DNA from: an uncultured Acidimicrobiia bacterium
GTDB lineage: Bacteria; Actinomycetota; Acidimicrobiia; Spongiisociales; Spongiisociaceae
Assembly (NCBI GenBank): GCA_958295745.1
Contig: OY282370.1
Span: 1,770,548 to 1,834,547 of the forward strand
Length of the DNA stretch: 64,000 nucleotides
Reading direction: 5' to 3'
A model generated the notes under the pieces. The model did no database searches. It saw only the letters and a program-made list of their open reading frames with translations, and was not told the DNA's origin. The position numbers and the translations under genes are program-made. Below, piece by piece: positions 47,594-56,583 of the stretch. The first letter of the stretch is position 1, and the number at the start of each line of letters is the position of its first letter.

Positions 47594-47653
47594 GTCCGAT
47601 GTTAGATGTTCTTCGCCTCGGTGCGGGTAGGGATATCTTGCTATTGTCGTGAC

Positions 47654-47926
47654 ATGGCGAACCTGCAGGTCAGGAACATACCTGACACCCTTCACGAGCG
47701 CTTGCGCCGCTACGCAAGCATCAACAGTTGCACTATCAGCGCAGCAGTACTCACTGCCGTGGAGCGAGAGCTAGCGATGTGGGAGTGGCGCGAACATATG
47801 GCCGTCCGCCCCGAGACCGACCTCGGTGTGGAGGCGGCCGCCCTGATCGCCGAAGAACGCTCACAACGTAGCCGCGAGAGCGGGAGTTTCTGTCAGCACA
47901 CGCAGGCCGCGTCGGCGACCGGTTGA
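47654..47926 (+). CDS. type II antitoxin, FitA/VapB-like ribbon-helix-helix (Arc/MetJ) family; orphan
   Basis: MANLQVRNIPDTLHERLRRYASINSCTISAAVLTAVERELAMWEWREHMA.. is the canonical xLxVRNLPDELHxRLRxRAA RHH antitoxin N-terminus. No PIN-domain toxin follows; a convergent Schlafen-like gene is next. Confidence 0.55.
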   Translation: MANLQVRNIPDTLHERLRRYASINSCTISAAVLTAVERELAMWEWREHMAVRPETDLGVEAAALIAEERSQRSRESGSFCQHTQAASATG

Positions 47927-47957
47927 TTGCGGGCTGTTCCTCGAGAGGTCCTTGCTG

Positions 47958-49580
47958 CTACCCCTCTAGCTGTTTCAGGTATTCGGTGCCCTTGGCTGTT
48001 GAGCGGTAGCGTTGGAGGCGGCTTCGGGGTTTGTCTGGGATGGTCATTTCGATCAGGCCTGATCGTAGGGCGGGTACTAGATAGGCTTCGCGGAAGTGCT
48101 TGATGTCTTTCAAGCCGAGCAGCCTTCTTAGTTGTTGACTGGTCATTTCCCCTGAAATCACATTGAGTAGCTTGACTTCCCCGGTGACTTCCCCGGGTGA
48201 ACTCAGGGGGTTCCTGGTTTCTTCAGATGACTTCCCCGGTCGGTTGACTTTGGGGGTTGACTTGGGGGGTTGACTTTGGGGGTTGACTTGGGGGGTTGAC
48301 TTGGGGGGTTGACTTGGGGGGTTGACTTCCCCGGTGACTTCCCCGGTGGTCTTGGTCGCCGTATGTGAGCGCACTTCGGGGTTGGGTCGAAAGACGACGG
48401 TAAAGAAGCTGTTGGCCTCGAACTCCGGCAACGGGCAGTCCTGTTCCCGGGCGTCGTTCTGGATACGCCGGATTCCGGTGCCCGCCTTCTCGATGAAGTC
48501 GATGCGGTGGAGCAGATCGGCGAGTAGCGGATTGCGCCTGATGCTCTTGTGGCCGAGCTCGGCCATGGTGATACCTTTGGGCAGGCTACCGGGGCTGACC
48601 ACTTCGATCCGGTCGGGGTAGAGCTCGACGAAGACGTTGGCGCCTTCTATGAACCAGTCCCGGTGCATGACCGCGTTGGTGATGGCCTCCCGCAACGCCT
48701 TCATCGGGTACTCGGGGATGTTCTGCCTCCTCAGGCCCTCGATCCGGTAGGCGAGGCGGGTGTTGCGCTCGATGAACCGCATCGACTCCTCGATGTCGGC
48801 CGCGATCCCGCCGTTGAAGTCCTTGCGATCCAGGATGTGAACCTTGTTGGGGTCGCGCGCCAGCAGGCAGGTGATGTACGCCTGCGAGAAGAACCGCCGC
48901 ACCTCCTTGGCGAAAAACAACACGCCCGCGTTGCGGAACAGCAATCGGTCGCCGTCCTGCTCGGCGGCTTCGATGTTCGTCAGTACATCCTCGACGGGCG
49001 GCCGGCCGGTGATGCCGGACATCTCCAGCCAGGTTCTGTACTTGTCGAAGTCGAAGTCATCGGGGTACTTGAAGCGCGGACAGGGGGTGAGGTCGAACCG
49101 GATCACTCCCTCGCTTCGGAAGAAGTTGCGTATTTCGTCTCTGCTGAGCTTTTGGGTCATGGCGCCCTGACGCCAGAAGAAACCATCGCTGCACTGCACC
49201 GGCTTGCCGTCGCTTTCCCGAACATGGACGACGATCACCTCATTCACCGGTTCCACCACGATTTTTACCGGAGGATCACAGTTGTGTGCGATGTTCTGGA
49301 TCCGAGCGCGCAGGGCGTTGGAGTCCTGAACCCCGGCCACCGCGCCGTTGTCGCTTACCCCCAAGAGGATCCTGCCGCCGATAGTGTTGGCCAAGGCCGC
49401 CATCTCTCTCGCCAACGAGGACGAGAGTCTCTCCTTGAACTCGAGGGTTGCGCCCTCACCCTGCTGGATGAGCATTGCGAGGTCGGCAGGAGTCATGTCG
49501 CTTCTCCCAACCTCGGGCGGCGTGAGTTCGTCAGGAGGCGGCGGGTTCGTACCATCCGGAGCCGAAGATGAGGCCGTCAT
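47958..49580 (-). CDS. AlbA_2 (Schlafen-like) / HATPase_c_4 ATP-binding putative DNA-binding protein with C-terminal wHTH
   Basis: 540 aa. ..ATLEFKERLSSSLAREMAALANTIGGRILLGVSDNGAVAGV.. (AlbA_2), ..GSLPKGITMAELGHKSIRRNPLLADLLHRIDFIEKAGTGIRRI.. (HATPase_c_4), linker with (GEVTGEV)-flanked PPSQPPKSTPQVNPQSQPPKSTPKVN repeats, C-terminal ..QQLRRLLGLKDIKHFREAYLVPALRSGLIEMT.. (wHTH). Confidence 0.6.
   Translation of the reverse strand: MTASSSAPDGTNPPPPDELTPPEVGRSDMTPADLAMLIQQGEGATLEFKERLSSSLAREMAALANTIGGRILLGVSDNGAVAGVQDSNALRARIQNIAHNCDPPVKIVVEPVNEVIVVHVRESDGKPVQCSDGFFWRQGAMTQKLSRDEIRNFFRSEGVIRFDLTPCPRFKYPDDFDFDKYRTWLEMSGITGRPPVEDVLTNIEAAEQDGDRLLFRNAGVLFFAKEVRRFFSQAYITCLLARDPNKVHILDRKDFNGGIAADIEESMRFIERNTRLAYRIEGLRRQNIPEYPMKALREAITNAVMHRDWFIEGANVFVELYPDRIEVVSPGSLPKGITMAELGHKSIRRNPLLADLLHRIDFIEKAGTGIRRIQNDAREQDCPLPEFEANSFFTVVFRPNPEVRSHTATKTTGEVTGEVNPPSQPPKSTPQVNPQSQPPKSTPKVNRPGKSSEETRNPLSSPGEVTGEVKLLNVISGEMTSQQLRRLLGLKDIKHFREAYLVPALRSGLIEMTIPDKPRSRLQRYRSTAKGTEYLKQLEG
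48243..48328. repeat. imperfect 14-bp tandem repeat (gttgacttgggggg x ~6) inside the Schlafen-like CDS; unit length not a multiple of three
   Basis: Read directly: gttgactttgggg|gttgacttgggggg|gttgactttggggg|gttgacttgggggg x3. Flanked on both sides by ggtgacttccccgg(tgacttcccc). Encodes the 14-aa-period QVNP(P/Q)SQPPKSTP segment. Confidence 0.85.
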
Positions 49581-52443
49581 GGCGGATGACCCAGGAGTGT
49601 TTTTGTTCTAGTTGGTCGGTGGCTGGGTTGCGCCGGACGTAGTCCACCCATCTGCCTGACTCGGTGGCGTCGGATAGTTCTTGGCCGTAGTTTTTGCCGT
49701 TGACGTCGATGCGGGTGGTTGTCTTGGTTCCTACTCGTTCTGGGTTGGGGGCTAGGGCGATGGTGGTTCCGTCTTCGATGATGAAGATGTACCAGGGGCC
49801 GTCGATGCTGTCGGTGGAGTTGTAGTGGTCGATGGTTGCTTGGCGGCCGTCTTGGTTGTAGCGGTTGATGGCTTGTTGTACGAAGTATTGGGTGTAGGCG
49901 GGTGGGTCGGCTTTGGTGGGCGGTGCCGGGGCTTCGTCTTCGTACCATCCGGAGCCGAAGATGAGGCCGTCTCGTTTTATCACCCAGGAGTGTTTCTGTT
50001 CTAGTTGGTCGGTGGCTGGGTTGCGCCGGACGTAGTCCACCCATCTGCCTGACTCGGTGGCGTCGGATAGTTCTTGGCCGTAGTTTTTGCCGTTGACGTC
50101 GATGCGGGTGGTTGTCTTGGTTCCTACTCGTTCTGGGTTGGGGGCTAGGGCGATGGTGGTTCCGTCTTCGATGATGAAGATGTACCAGGGGCCGTCGATG
50201 CTGTCGGTGGAGTTGTAGTGGTCGATGGTTGCTTGGCGGCCGTCTTGGTTGTAGCGGTTGATGGCTTGTTGTACGAAGTATTGGGTGTAGGCGGGTGGGT
50301 CGGCTTTGGTGGGCGGTGCCGGGGCTTCGTCTTCGTACCATCCGGAGCCGAAGATCAGGTTGTCGTGGCGGATGACCCAGGAGTGTTTCTGCTGGTTTTG
50401 GTCGGCGGCCGGGTTGAGGAACACGTAGTCGACCCATCTCCCGACTTCGGTGGCGTCGGCTATCTGCTGTCCGCTGGTTTGGCCGTAGACGTCGGTTGTG
50501 TGGGTGATGTTGGTGTTGCGCAGATCGGGTCGGGTGGCGTGGGCGATGATGTTTTCGTCTTCGATGATGAAGATGTACCAGGGGCCGTCGATGCTGTCGG
50601 TGGAGTTGTAGTGGTCGATGGTTGCTTGGCGTCCGTTTTGGTTGTAGCGGTTGATGGCTTGTTGTACGAAGTATTGGGTGTAGGCGGGTGGGTCGGCTTT
50701 GGTGGGGGGTGTTGGGGTTTCGTCTTCGTACCATCCGGAGCCGAAAATCAGGTTGTCGTGGCGGATGACCCAGGAGTGTTTCTGGCGGTTCTGGCCGATG
50801 GCGGGGTCGAGGAACACGTAGTCCACCCACCTGCCGGCTTTGGTGACGTCGGCTATCTGCTGCCCGTAGGGCTTGCCGTAGATGTCGGTGCGGTAGGCGC
50901 TGCCGGTGCCGATCCGTTCAGGCAGGGTGGCGTGGACGATGACTTCGTCGTCTTCGACGATGAACATGTACCAGGGGCCGTCGATGCTGTCGGTGGAGTT
51001 GTAGTGGTCGATGGTTGCTTGGCGTCCGTTTTGGTTGTAGTGGTCGATGGCTTGTTGTACGAAGTATTGGGTGTAGGCGGGTGGGTCGGCTTTGGTGGGG
51101 GGTGTTGGGGTTTCGTCTTCGTACCATCCGGAGCCGAAGACGAGGCCGTCGTGGCGGATGACCCAGGAGTGTTTCTGGCGGTTCTGGCCGATGGCGGGGT
51201 CGAGGAACACGTAGTCCACCCATTCACCTGCCTCGGTGGCGGCGGCTAGCTGCTGTCCGCTGGGTTCGCCGTAGACGCCGGGTGTGTGGGTGATGTTGGT
51301 GTTGCGCAGATCGGGTCGGGTGGTGTGGGCGATGATGTTTTCGTCTTCGACGATGAACATGTGCCACTGGCCGTCGATGCTGTCGGTGGAGTTGTAGTGG
51401 TCGATGGTTGCTTGGCGTCCGTTTTGGTTGTAGTGGTCGATGGCTTGTTGTACGAAGTATTGGGTGTAGGCGGGTGGGTCGGCTTTGGTGGGGGGTGTTG
51501 GGGTTTCGTCTTCGTACCATCCGGAGCCGAAGACGAGGCCGTCGTGGCGGATGACCCAGGAGTGTTTCTGGCGGTTCTGGCCGATGGCGGGGTCGAGGAA
51601 CACGTAGTCCACCCATTCACCTGCCTCGGTGGCGGCGGCTAGCTGCTGTCCGCTGGGTTCGCCGTAGACGCCGGGTGTGTGGGTGATGTTGGTGTTGCGC
51701 AGATCGGGTCGGGTGGTGTGGGCGATGATGTTTTCGTCTTCGACGATGAACATGTGCCACTGGCCGTCGATGCTGTCGGTGGAGTTGTAGTGGTCGATGG
51801 TTGCTTGGCGGCTGTTTTGGTTGTAGTGGTCGATGGCTTGTTGTACGAAGTATTGGGTGTAGGCCGGTTCGTCCGACTTGGCGGGGGCGCGGCCCGCGGC
51901 GAGCAGAGCTTGGTTGCCCGCCCGCAAGTATGCCGATAGGTCGGCGCGGGTGGCCCCTTCCGGGAAGGCGCGGCCTATGACGGCGGCGGTATGGGCGGCG
52001 GTGACGGTCCGGTCGGGCCGGAAGGTTCCATCGGGGTAACCCAAGAACCATCCGCGGGCAGCGGCGTATCCGATGTCGGCCCCCCGTGCGTGGTCGGCGG
52101 GAACATCGGAGAACGTGGGTAGTTCTATGGTTGTGGCGGCGGGGGAGGCGAGGGCCTGGTTGCCCGCCCCTGCGTAGGTGGCCAGGTCGGCGCGGGTGGC
52201 CCCTTCCGGGAAGGCGCCGCGGACGGCGGCGATGGTCTGGGCGGTGGTGACGGTCTGTCCGGGCCGGAAGGTTCCATCGGGGTAACCCAAGAACCATCCG
52301 CGGGCAACCGCGTATTCGATGTCGGCCCGCTGCGGATGGTCGGCGGGAACATCGGAGGACCCGGAGTCCCCGTTCGCATAGCCGGCGCCCGCGGAGACAA
52401 CGAGGAAGAGCGCGAGCGCGGCTGCGGGGAGTTTACGTTTCAT
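49531..52443 (-). CDS. cell-surface protein: signal peptide, two SLH domains, six near-identical ~127-aa tandem repeat domains
   Basis: ORF 49531..52524 (-). Likely start MKRKLPAAALALFLVVSAGAGYA (AGAGG RBS). SLH-like ..FSDVPADHARGADIGYAAARGWFLGYPDGTFRPDRTVTAAHTAAVIGRAF.. twice. Then six repeats ..PPTKADPPAYTQYFVQQAI(D/N)(H/R)YNQ(N/D)GRQATIDHYNSTDSIDG(Q/P)W(H/Y)(M/I)FI(V/I)ED..SWVIRHDGL(V/I)FGSGWYEDE(T/A)P.. Confidence 0.6.
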   Translation of the reverse strand: MKRKLPAAALALFLVVSAGAGYANGDSGSSDVPADHPQRADIEYAVARGWFLGYPDGTFRPGQTVTTAQTIAAVRGAFPEGATRADLATYAGAGNQALASPAATTIELPTFSDVPADHARGADIGYAAARGWFLGYPDGTFRPDRTVTAAHTAAVIGRAFPEGATRADLSAYLRAGNQALLAAGRAPAKSDEPAYTQYFVQQAIDHYNQNSRQATIDHYNSTDSIDGQWHMFIVEDENIIAHTTRPDLRNTNITHTPGVYGEPSGQQLAAATEAGEWVDYVFLDPAIGQNRQKHSWVIRHDGLVFGSGWYEDETPTPPTKADPPAYTQYFVQQAIDHYNQNGRQATIDHYNSTDSIDGQWHMFIVEDENIIAHTTRPDLRNTNITHTPGVYGEPSGQQLAAATEAGEWVDYVFLDPAIGQNRQKHSWVIRHDGLVFGSGWYEDETPTPPTKADPPAYTQYFVQQAIDHYNQNGRQATIDHYNSTDSIDGPWYMFIVEDDEVIVHATLPERIGTGSAYRTDIYGKPYGQQIADVTKAGRWVDYVFLDPAIGQNRQKHSWVIRHDNLIFGSGWYEDETPTPPTKADPPAYTQYFVQQAINRYNQNGRQATIDHYNSTDSIDGPWYIFIIEDENIIAHATRPDLRNTNITHTTDVYGQTSGQQIADATEVGRWVDYVFLNPAADQNQQKHSWVIRHDNLIFGSGWYEDEAPAPPTKADPPAYTQYFVQQAINRYNQDGRQATIDHYNSTDSIDGPWYIFIIEDGTTIALAPNPERVGTKTTTRIDVNGKNYGQELSDATESGRWVDYVRRNPATDQLEQKHSWVIKRDGLIFGSGWYEDEAPAPPTKADPPAYTQYFVQQAINRYNQDGRQATIDHYNSTDSIDGPWYIFIIEDGTTIALAPNPERVGTKTTTRIDVNGKNYGQELSDATESGRWVDYVRRNPATDQLEQKHSWVIRHDGLIFGSGWYEPAAS
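49540..51900. repeat. ~380-bp coding tandem repeats (6 copies, adjacent copies ~90-99% identical) within the surface-protein gene
   Basis: Long identical DNA stretches recur, e.g. ccatccggagccgaagatgaggccgtc...gttgtagtggtcgatggttgcttggcg... Clear in the six-frame track as repeated ORF fragments on several frames. Confidence 0.8.
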
Positions 52444-52587
52444 CGGCAACACCTCTTGAATCAAATCCTGACTGGCCTTATTGAGCATACCAAAGACGGT
52501 TTGCATGCCAAAGACGGCTTGCAACGAGGGGGGCGGGTATGAAACCGCAGGAATATCTCTGATCGGATGCGCTCGGGACGGCGTGAT

Positions 52588-53727
52588 TCACGGCGCCGCC
52601 GTCAGGAGGGGGATCTCCACCTCGCGGGGGTCCAGCCCGCCGTGGTAGCCGATCATGCGGCGGTCCATGTGGCCGGGGAGCAGCGCACATCCCTCGCGGG
52701 CCAGGAAGGCTCCGTCCGGTTTCTTCAGCGCCGCCGGCGGACTCAAGGGAATATGGTCGTCCTCCTCCGGTCCCCAGAGGGCCTCCAGGCTCTTAGCCGG
52801 ATGCCAGACCGCGGGCAGGTCGGCGCCCAGTCCTTGGATCCGCTCGGCAGGCCCCCGTACATACAAGGATCGGGGATCCCCGTACAGGGTGAGCTCGGGG
52901 ACGGCCCGGCGGGTCAGCCGGTGCTTGCCGGACTCGGCCACGGATACGAACCCGTGATCGGCGGTTCCGACCATCGCCGCGCCGGGCGGGAGGCGGACGG
53001 CGATCCGTTCCCATACGGCGGCCGCCTGGGAGAGGGCCCCGCGGTATTCGGGGCCGGCGGTCCCATGCATGTGGGCGGCCGCGTCCACCGCCGGAAAGTA
53101 GACGAACACCAGCCGATCGGGTGTCCGGGCCAGCCCCGCCGCGGCCATGACGAGCTGGTCGACGAGCGTGACCCCTTCGAAGCGGCACCCCCGGTACAGG
53201 GCCCTGGTGAGGGGGGTGTCCGTATAGCCGGCGGGCTGTATGGTTATCGGCTCGACCCCCGCCCTCCTGAGCCTCTCCCAGAGGTTGGGGGCGGGAAGCA
53301 AGCCGGACGTGTCGAAGCCCGCCGGACGGCCGGCGGCGTCGATCCATCGCAGGGAGTTCACCGGGGTGGGGAAGCCGGGCAGCAGGACGAAGTGCCCGAT
53401 CAACCCGTGCCTGCGCGGGGGCAGGCCGGTGGCCACCGAGGCGAGGCTCACGGAGGTGGTGGTCGGAAAGGGGGCGTCTATCACCCCTCGCAGGTCGGCG
53501 GCCAGCGGCGCCGCGGCCGGATGATCCAGCTGATGGGCGCCGAGTCCGTCTATCAGGAGCAAGATGTAGGTCGCGGCCTCCGGGATCTGCCCGGCAAGAC
53601 GGGCATGCAGCCCGGGGGCCGGAGAGGACCCGGTGAGCCGCCGTTCCAGCTCCGCCACCAGGTTGTTCAGCGATCCTCCGGTGTAGTCCGGCGCCCGGAG
53701 GTCGGATACGTCGGTCACACAGAGCAC
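52588..53727 (-). CDS. alkaline-phosphatase-superfamily metalloenzyme (nucleotide pyrophosphatase/phosphodiesterase or PglZ-like)
   Basis: 379 aa. ..ATYILLLIDGLGAHQL..APFPTTTSVSLASVATGLPPRRHGLIGHF..LVFVYFPAVDAAAHMHGT..VGTADHGFV.. (metal-ligand Asp/Thr/His pattern of the AP superfamily). Confidence 0.5.
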   Translation of the reverse strand: MLCVTDVSDLRAPDYTGGSLNNLVAELERRLTGSSPAPGLHARLAGQIPEAATYILLLIDGLGAHQLDHPAAAPLAADLRGVIDAPFPTTTSVSLASVATGLPPRRHGLIGHFVLLPGFPTPVNSLRWIDAAGRPAGFDTSGLLPAPNLWERLRRAGVEPITIQPAGYTDTPLTRALYRGCRFEGVTLVDQLVMAAAGLARTPDRLVFVYFPAVDAAAHMHGTAGPEYRGALSQAAAVWERIAVRLPPGAAMVGTADHGFVSVAESGKHRLTRRAVPELTLYGDPRSLYVRGPAERIQGLGADLPAVWHPAKSLEALWGPEEDDHIPLSPPAALKKPDGAFLAREGCALLPGHMDRRMIGYHGGLDPREVEIPLLTAAP

Positions 53728-53898
53728 GGTAGCCGAGGGGAATTCATTCGGTGCGGGGTGGGCGCGTATACTCCATCCTGGTTCGGGGTTGTCGGAGACG
53801 CGGCCCCGGCCCCGCCCCTATGAGGCGGTATGAGGCGGTGAGAGCCGGCCGGAGACAGACAGGCATGTCAGCCGAACAGGCCGAGGGCAGAGAGACCC

Positions 53899-54264
53899 GT
53901 GAGCGAATACTTCCAGGACTATGTCGCCGTGGCGGCCTTCGCCGCTTTCGGCCTCGTCTTGGTGGTGCTCACCCTGGGCATCACCTACCTGGTGCGACCT
54001 TCCAATCCCACCAAGGAGAAGGTGACCACCTACGAGTGCGGCGTGGATCCGGTGGGCGAGGGCTGGAACCATACCTTCATCCGCTACTACATCTTCGGGT
54101 TGCTGTTCGTGGTGTTCGACGTGGAGGCGGTGTTCCTCTTCCCGTGGGCGGTCGCCGCCGAATCCCTTGGAGTGCCGGGGATGATCGCGGTCGTCATCTT
54201 CATCCTCACCCTGCTCGAAGGGTTGCTCTATGCGGTGCGCAAAGGGGTGCTCAAGTGGGAATGA
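53899..54264 (+). CDS. nuoA: NADH-quinone oxidoreductase subunit A
   Basis: MSEYFQDYVAVAAFAAFGLVLVVLTLGITYLVRPSNPTKEKVTTYECGVDPVGEGWNHTFIRYYIFGLLFVVFDVEAVFLFPWAV.. Confidence 0.9.
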   Translation: MSEYFQDYVAVAAFAAFGLVLVVLTLGITYLVRPSNPTKEKVTTYECGVDPVGEGWNHTFIRYYIFGLLFVVFDVEAVFLFPWAVAAESLGVPGMIAVVIFILTLLEGLLYAVRKGVLKWE

Positions 54265-54282
54265 GGGCGGCCGGGTGAGATC

Positions 54283-54783
54283 GTGGGCATAGTCGCCGAG
54301 CGCTTCGGCGGTCTCAAGCCGGTGTCCTGGCTGCTCAACTGGTCGCGCCGCTATTCGCTCTGGCTGTTCCAGTTCGGCCTGGCTTGCTGCGCCATCGAGA
54401 TGATGGCCGCCTCCGGCCCCCGCTACGACTTCATGCGGTTCGGCATCATCCCCCTCCCCGCCTCTCCCAGACAGGCCGACCTGATGGTGGTGGCGGGCAC
54501 GGTGACCGACAAGATGGCCCCCGCCATCAAACGCCTCTACGAGCAGATGCCCGACCCCAAATACGTGATCTCCATGGGTTCCTGCTCCAACTGCGGCGGC
54601 CCCTACTGGGACTCCTACTCGGTGACCAAGGGCGTGGATCAGATCATCCCCGTGGATGTATACGTGCCGGGCTGCCCGCCCCGCCCCGAGGCCCTGATGG
54701 AGGGGATCGTCCTGCTGCAGGAGAAGATCAGCAAAGAGGACGTGCGCGAGAAGTGGAAGCAGCGTGACCGCCGGCCCGTCTGA
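54283..54783 (+). CDS. nuoB: NADH-quinone oxidoreductase subunit B
   Basis: ..[93 protein letters not shown].. Confidence 0.9.
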   Translation: MGIVAERFGGLKPVSWLLNWSRRYSLWLFQFGLACCAIEMMAASGPRYDFMRFGIIPLPASPRQADLMVVAGTVTDKMAPAIKRLYEQMPDPKYVISMGSCSNCGGPYWDSYSVTKGVDQIIPVDVYVPGCPPRPEALMEGIVLLQEKISKEDVREKWKQRDRRPV

Positions 54784-55399
54784 GACCGTTGCTGCGGAGG
54801 CCGCTGTTGCGGAGGCCGCCGACCCCTTGGCCGAGCTGGCCGGGCAGGTGGCCGCCGCGGTGGGCGGCCGGGCCGAGTACGCCCACGGAACCGCCAAGAT
54901 ACGGGTGGACGCCTCGGCCTGGAAGGAGGCCCTCACCGCCGCCCGCGACCGCTTCGGCCTGGTGTTCCTGTCGTGGTTGTCGGCCATCGACTGGTCCAAC
55001 GAGACGGCGGTGGGCGACCCCCCCGACCCGCCGGTGGAGGAGCGCTACGAGATGCTCTGCGCCGTCTCCGACCTCGACGAGGGGAGGCTGGTGCTGTTCT
55101 CCGCCGACATCGGACGGGGCGATCCGTCGATCGACAGCCTCTGCGGCGTGTACCCCGGCGCCAACTGGCACGAGCGGGAGGCGGCGGAGATGTTCGGCAT
55201 CGACTTCGCAGGCCATCCAGACCTCACCAAGCTCTACCTGCCCGACGGGTTCGAGGGGTATCCGCTGCGCAAGAGCTACCCGTTGCTGAGCCGCGAGGTC
55301 AAGCCCTGGCCCGGCAAGGTGGACGTGGAGGATATGCCCGAGGCGGGCCCCGATGCGGGCAATGGAACGAGGCCCTCGACCGAGAACCCGGGGGCATAG
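54764..55399 (+). CDS. nuoC: NADH-quinone oxidoreductase subunit C
   Basis: ..[17 protein letters not shown]...[72 protein letters not shown].. Confidence 0.85.
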   Translation: MTAGPSETVAAEAAVAEAADPLAELAGQVAAAVGGRAEYAHGTAKIRVDASAWKEALTAARDRFGLVFLSWLSAIDWSNETAVGDPPDPPVEERYEMLCAVSDLDEGRLVLFSADIGRGDPSIDSLCGVYPGANWHEREAAEMFGIDFAGHPDLTKLYLPDGFEGYPLRKSYPLLSREVKPWPGKVDVEDMPEAGPDAGNGTRPSTENPGA

Positions 55400-56583
55400 T
55401 GGACCGGATGCTGGCGCACCATCTGTCGGAGGCGGCGGTCTCGGTCGAGCTGGAGACCGAGGGCATGACCCTCAACATCGGCCCCCAGCATCCCTCCACC
55501 CACGGCGTGCTGCGCCTGGTGGCCACCATCGACGGGGAGCGGGCCACCGACGTGCGCCCGGTCATCGGCTACATGCATCGGGGGTACGAGAAGCTGGCCG
55601 AGGTGCGCACCTATCCCCAGATAACCACCATCGTCAACCGGATCGACTGGGTGTCAGGGTTCGCCAACGAGGTGCCTTTCATCGTGGCCGCCGAGCGCCT
55701 GATGGGGGTGGAGGCCCCGCCCCGCGCCCAGTGGATAAGGCTGGTGCTCACGGAGATGGCCCGCATATCGTCCCATCTGGTCTTCATGGCCTCCTACCCG
55801 TTGGAGCTGGGCGCCGCCACCCCTCTGTTCTTCGCCCTCCGTGAACGGGAACGGGTGCTGGACCTGCTCGAATCGGTGACCGGAGGCCGGTTCCACCCCA
55901 ACTTCAACCGGATCGGCGGGGTCAAGCCCGTCTACGCCGCCGGGCCGGTGACCAAGAAGGCGGGCATGGACATCCCGGCCGCCTTCCTGGCCGAGACCCG
56001 GGACGCCATGGACAAGGTGGAATCCACCTGCGAAGAGATAGAGAACCTGGTGGCCGGCAACGAGGTGTTCCTGGCCCGCACCAAGGGGGTGGGGGTCATA
56101 CCGGTGGAGAAGGCGGCTTCCTACGGGGTGTCGGGACCCAACCTGCGGGCCTCCGGATGCGGTTTCGACCTGCGCAAGACCTCCGACTACCTGCCCTACG
56201 ACGGGTTCGACTTCGACATCCCCACCGGGGAGAACGGCGACTGCTGGGACAGGTGGTGGGTGCGCCTCGAGGAGATACGGCAGTCGGCCCGCATCATCCG
56301 CCAAGCCATCGACGGCATACCGTCCGGGCCCCTCCAGGCCAAGGTCCCCCGGATCATCAAGGTTCCGGCCGGGGAGACCTACGTGCGCGCCGAGAATCCG
56401 AAGGGAGAGATGGGCTACCACCTGGTGTCCTTGGGCGGCCTCGGCCCCTACCGGTTGAAGATACGCTCGGCTTCCTTCTCCAACCTGTCCATCCTTCCTT
56501 GGATTCTGCAGGGCGCCCTGGTGCCCGACTTCATCGCCATCATGGGATCGATCGACTTCGTGCTGGGAGACGTGGACCGATGA
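55399..56583 (+). CDS. nuoD: NADH-quinone oxidoreductase subunit D
   Basis: Frame of ORF 54973..56583. (V)DRMLAHHLSEAAVSVELETEGMTLNIGPQHPSTHGVLRLVATIDGERATDVRPVIGYMHRGYEKLAEVRTYPQITTIVNRIDW.. GTG 55399 overlaps the nuoC stop (alternative ATG 55408). Confidence 0.85.
   Translation: MDRMLAHHLSEAAVSVELETEGMTLNIGPQHPSTHGVLRLVATIDGERATDVRPVIGYMHRGYEKLAEVRTYPQITTIVNRIDWVSGFANEVPFIVAAERLMGVEAPPRAQWIRLVLTEMARISSHLVFMASYPLELGAATPLFFALRERERVLDLLESVTGGRFHPNFNRIGGVKPVYAAGPVTKKAGMDIPAAFLAETRDAMDKVESTCEEIENLVAGNEVFLARTKGVGVIPVEKAASYGVSGPNLRASGCGFDLRKTSDYLPYDGFDFDIPTGENGDCWDRWWVRLEEIRQSARIIRQAIDGIPSGPLQAKVPRIIKVPAGETYVRAENPKGEMGYHLVSLGGLGPYRLKIRSASFSNLSILPWILQGALVPDFIAIMGSIDFVLGDVDR

Noticed and set aside
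52588-53727. BREX/Pgl PglZ alkaline phosphatase as part of a defence system
   Set aside because: The AP-superfamily gene stands alone between the surface-protein gene and nuoA with no PglX, PglW or BrxC partners. More likely a metabolic phosphodiesterase/pyrophosphatase.
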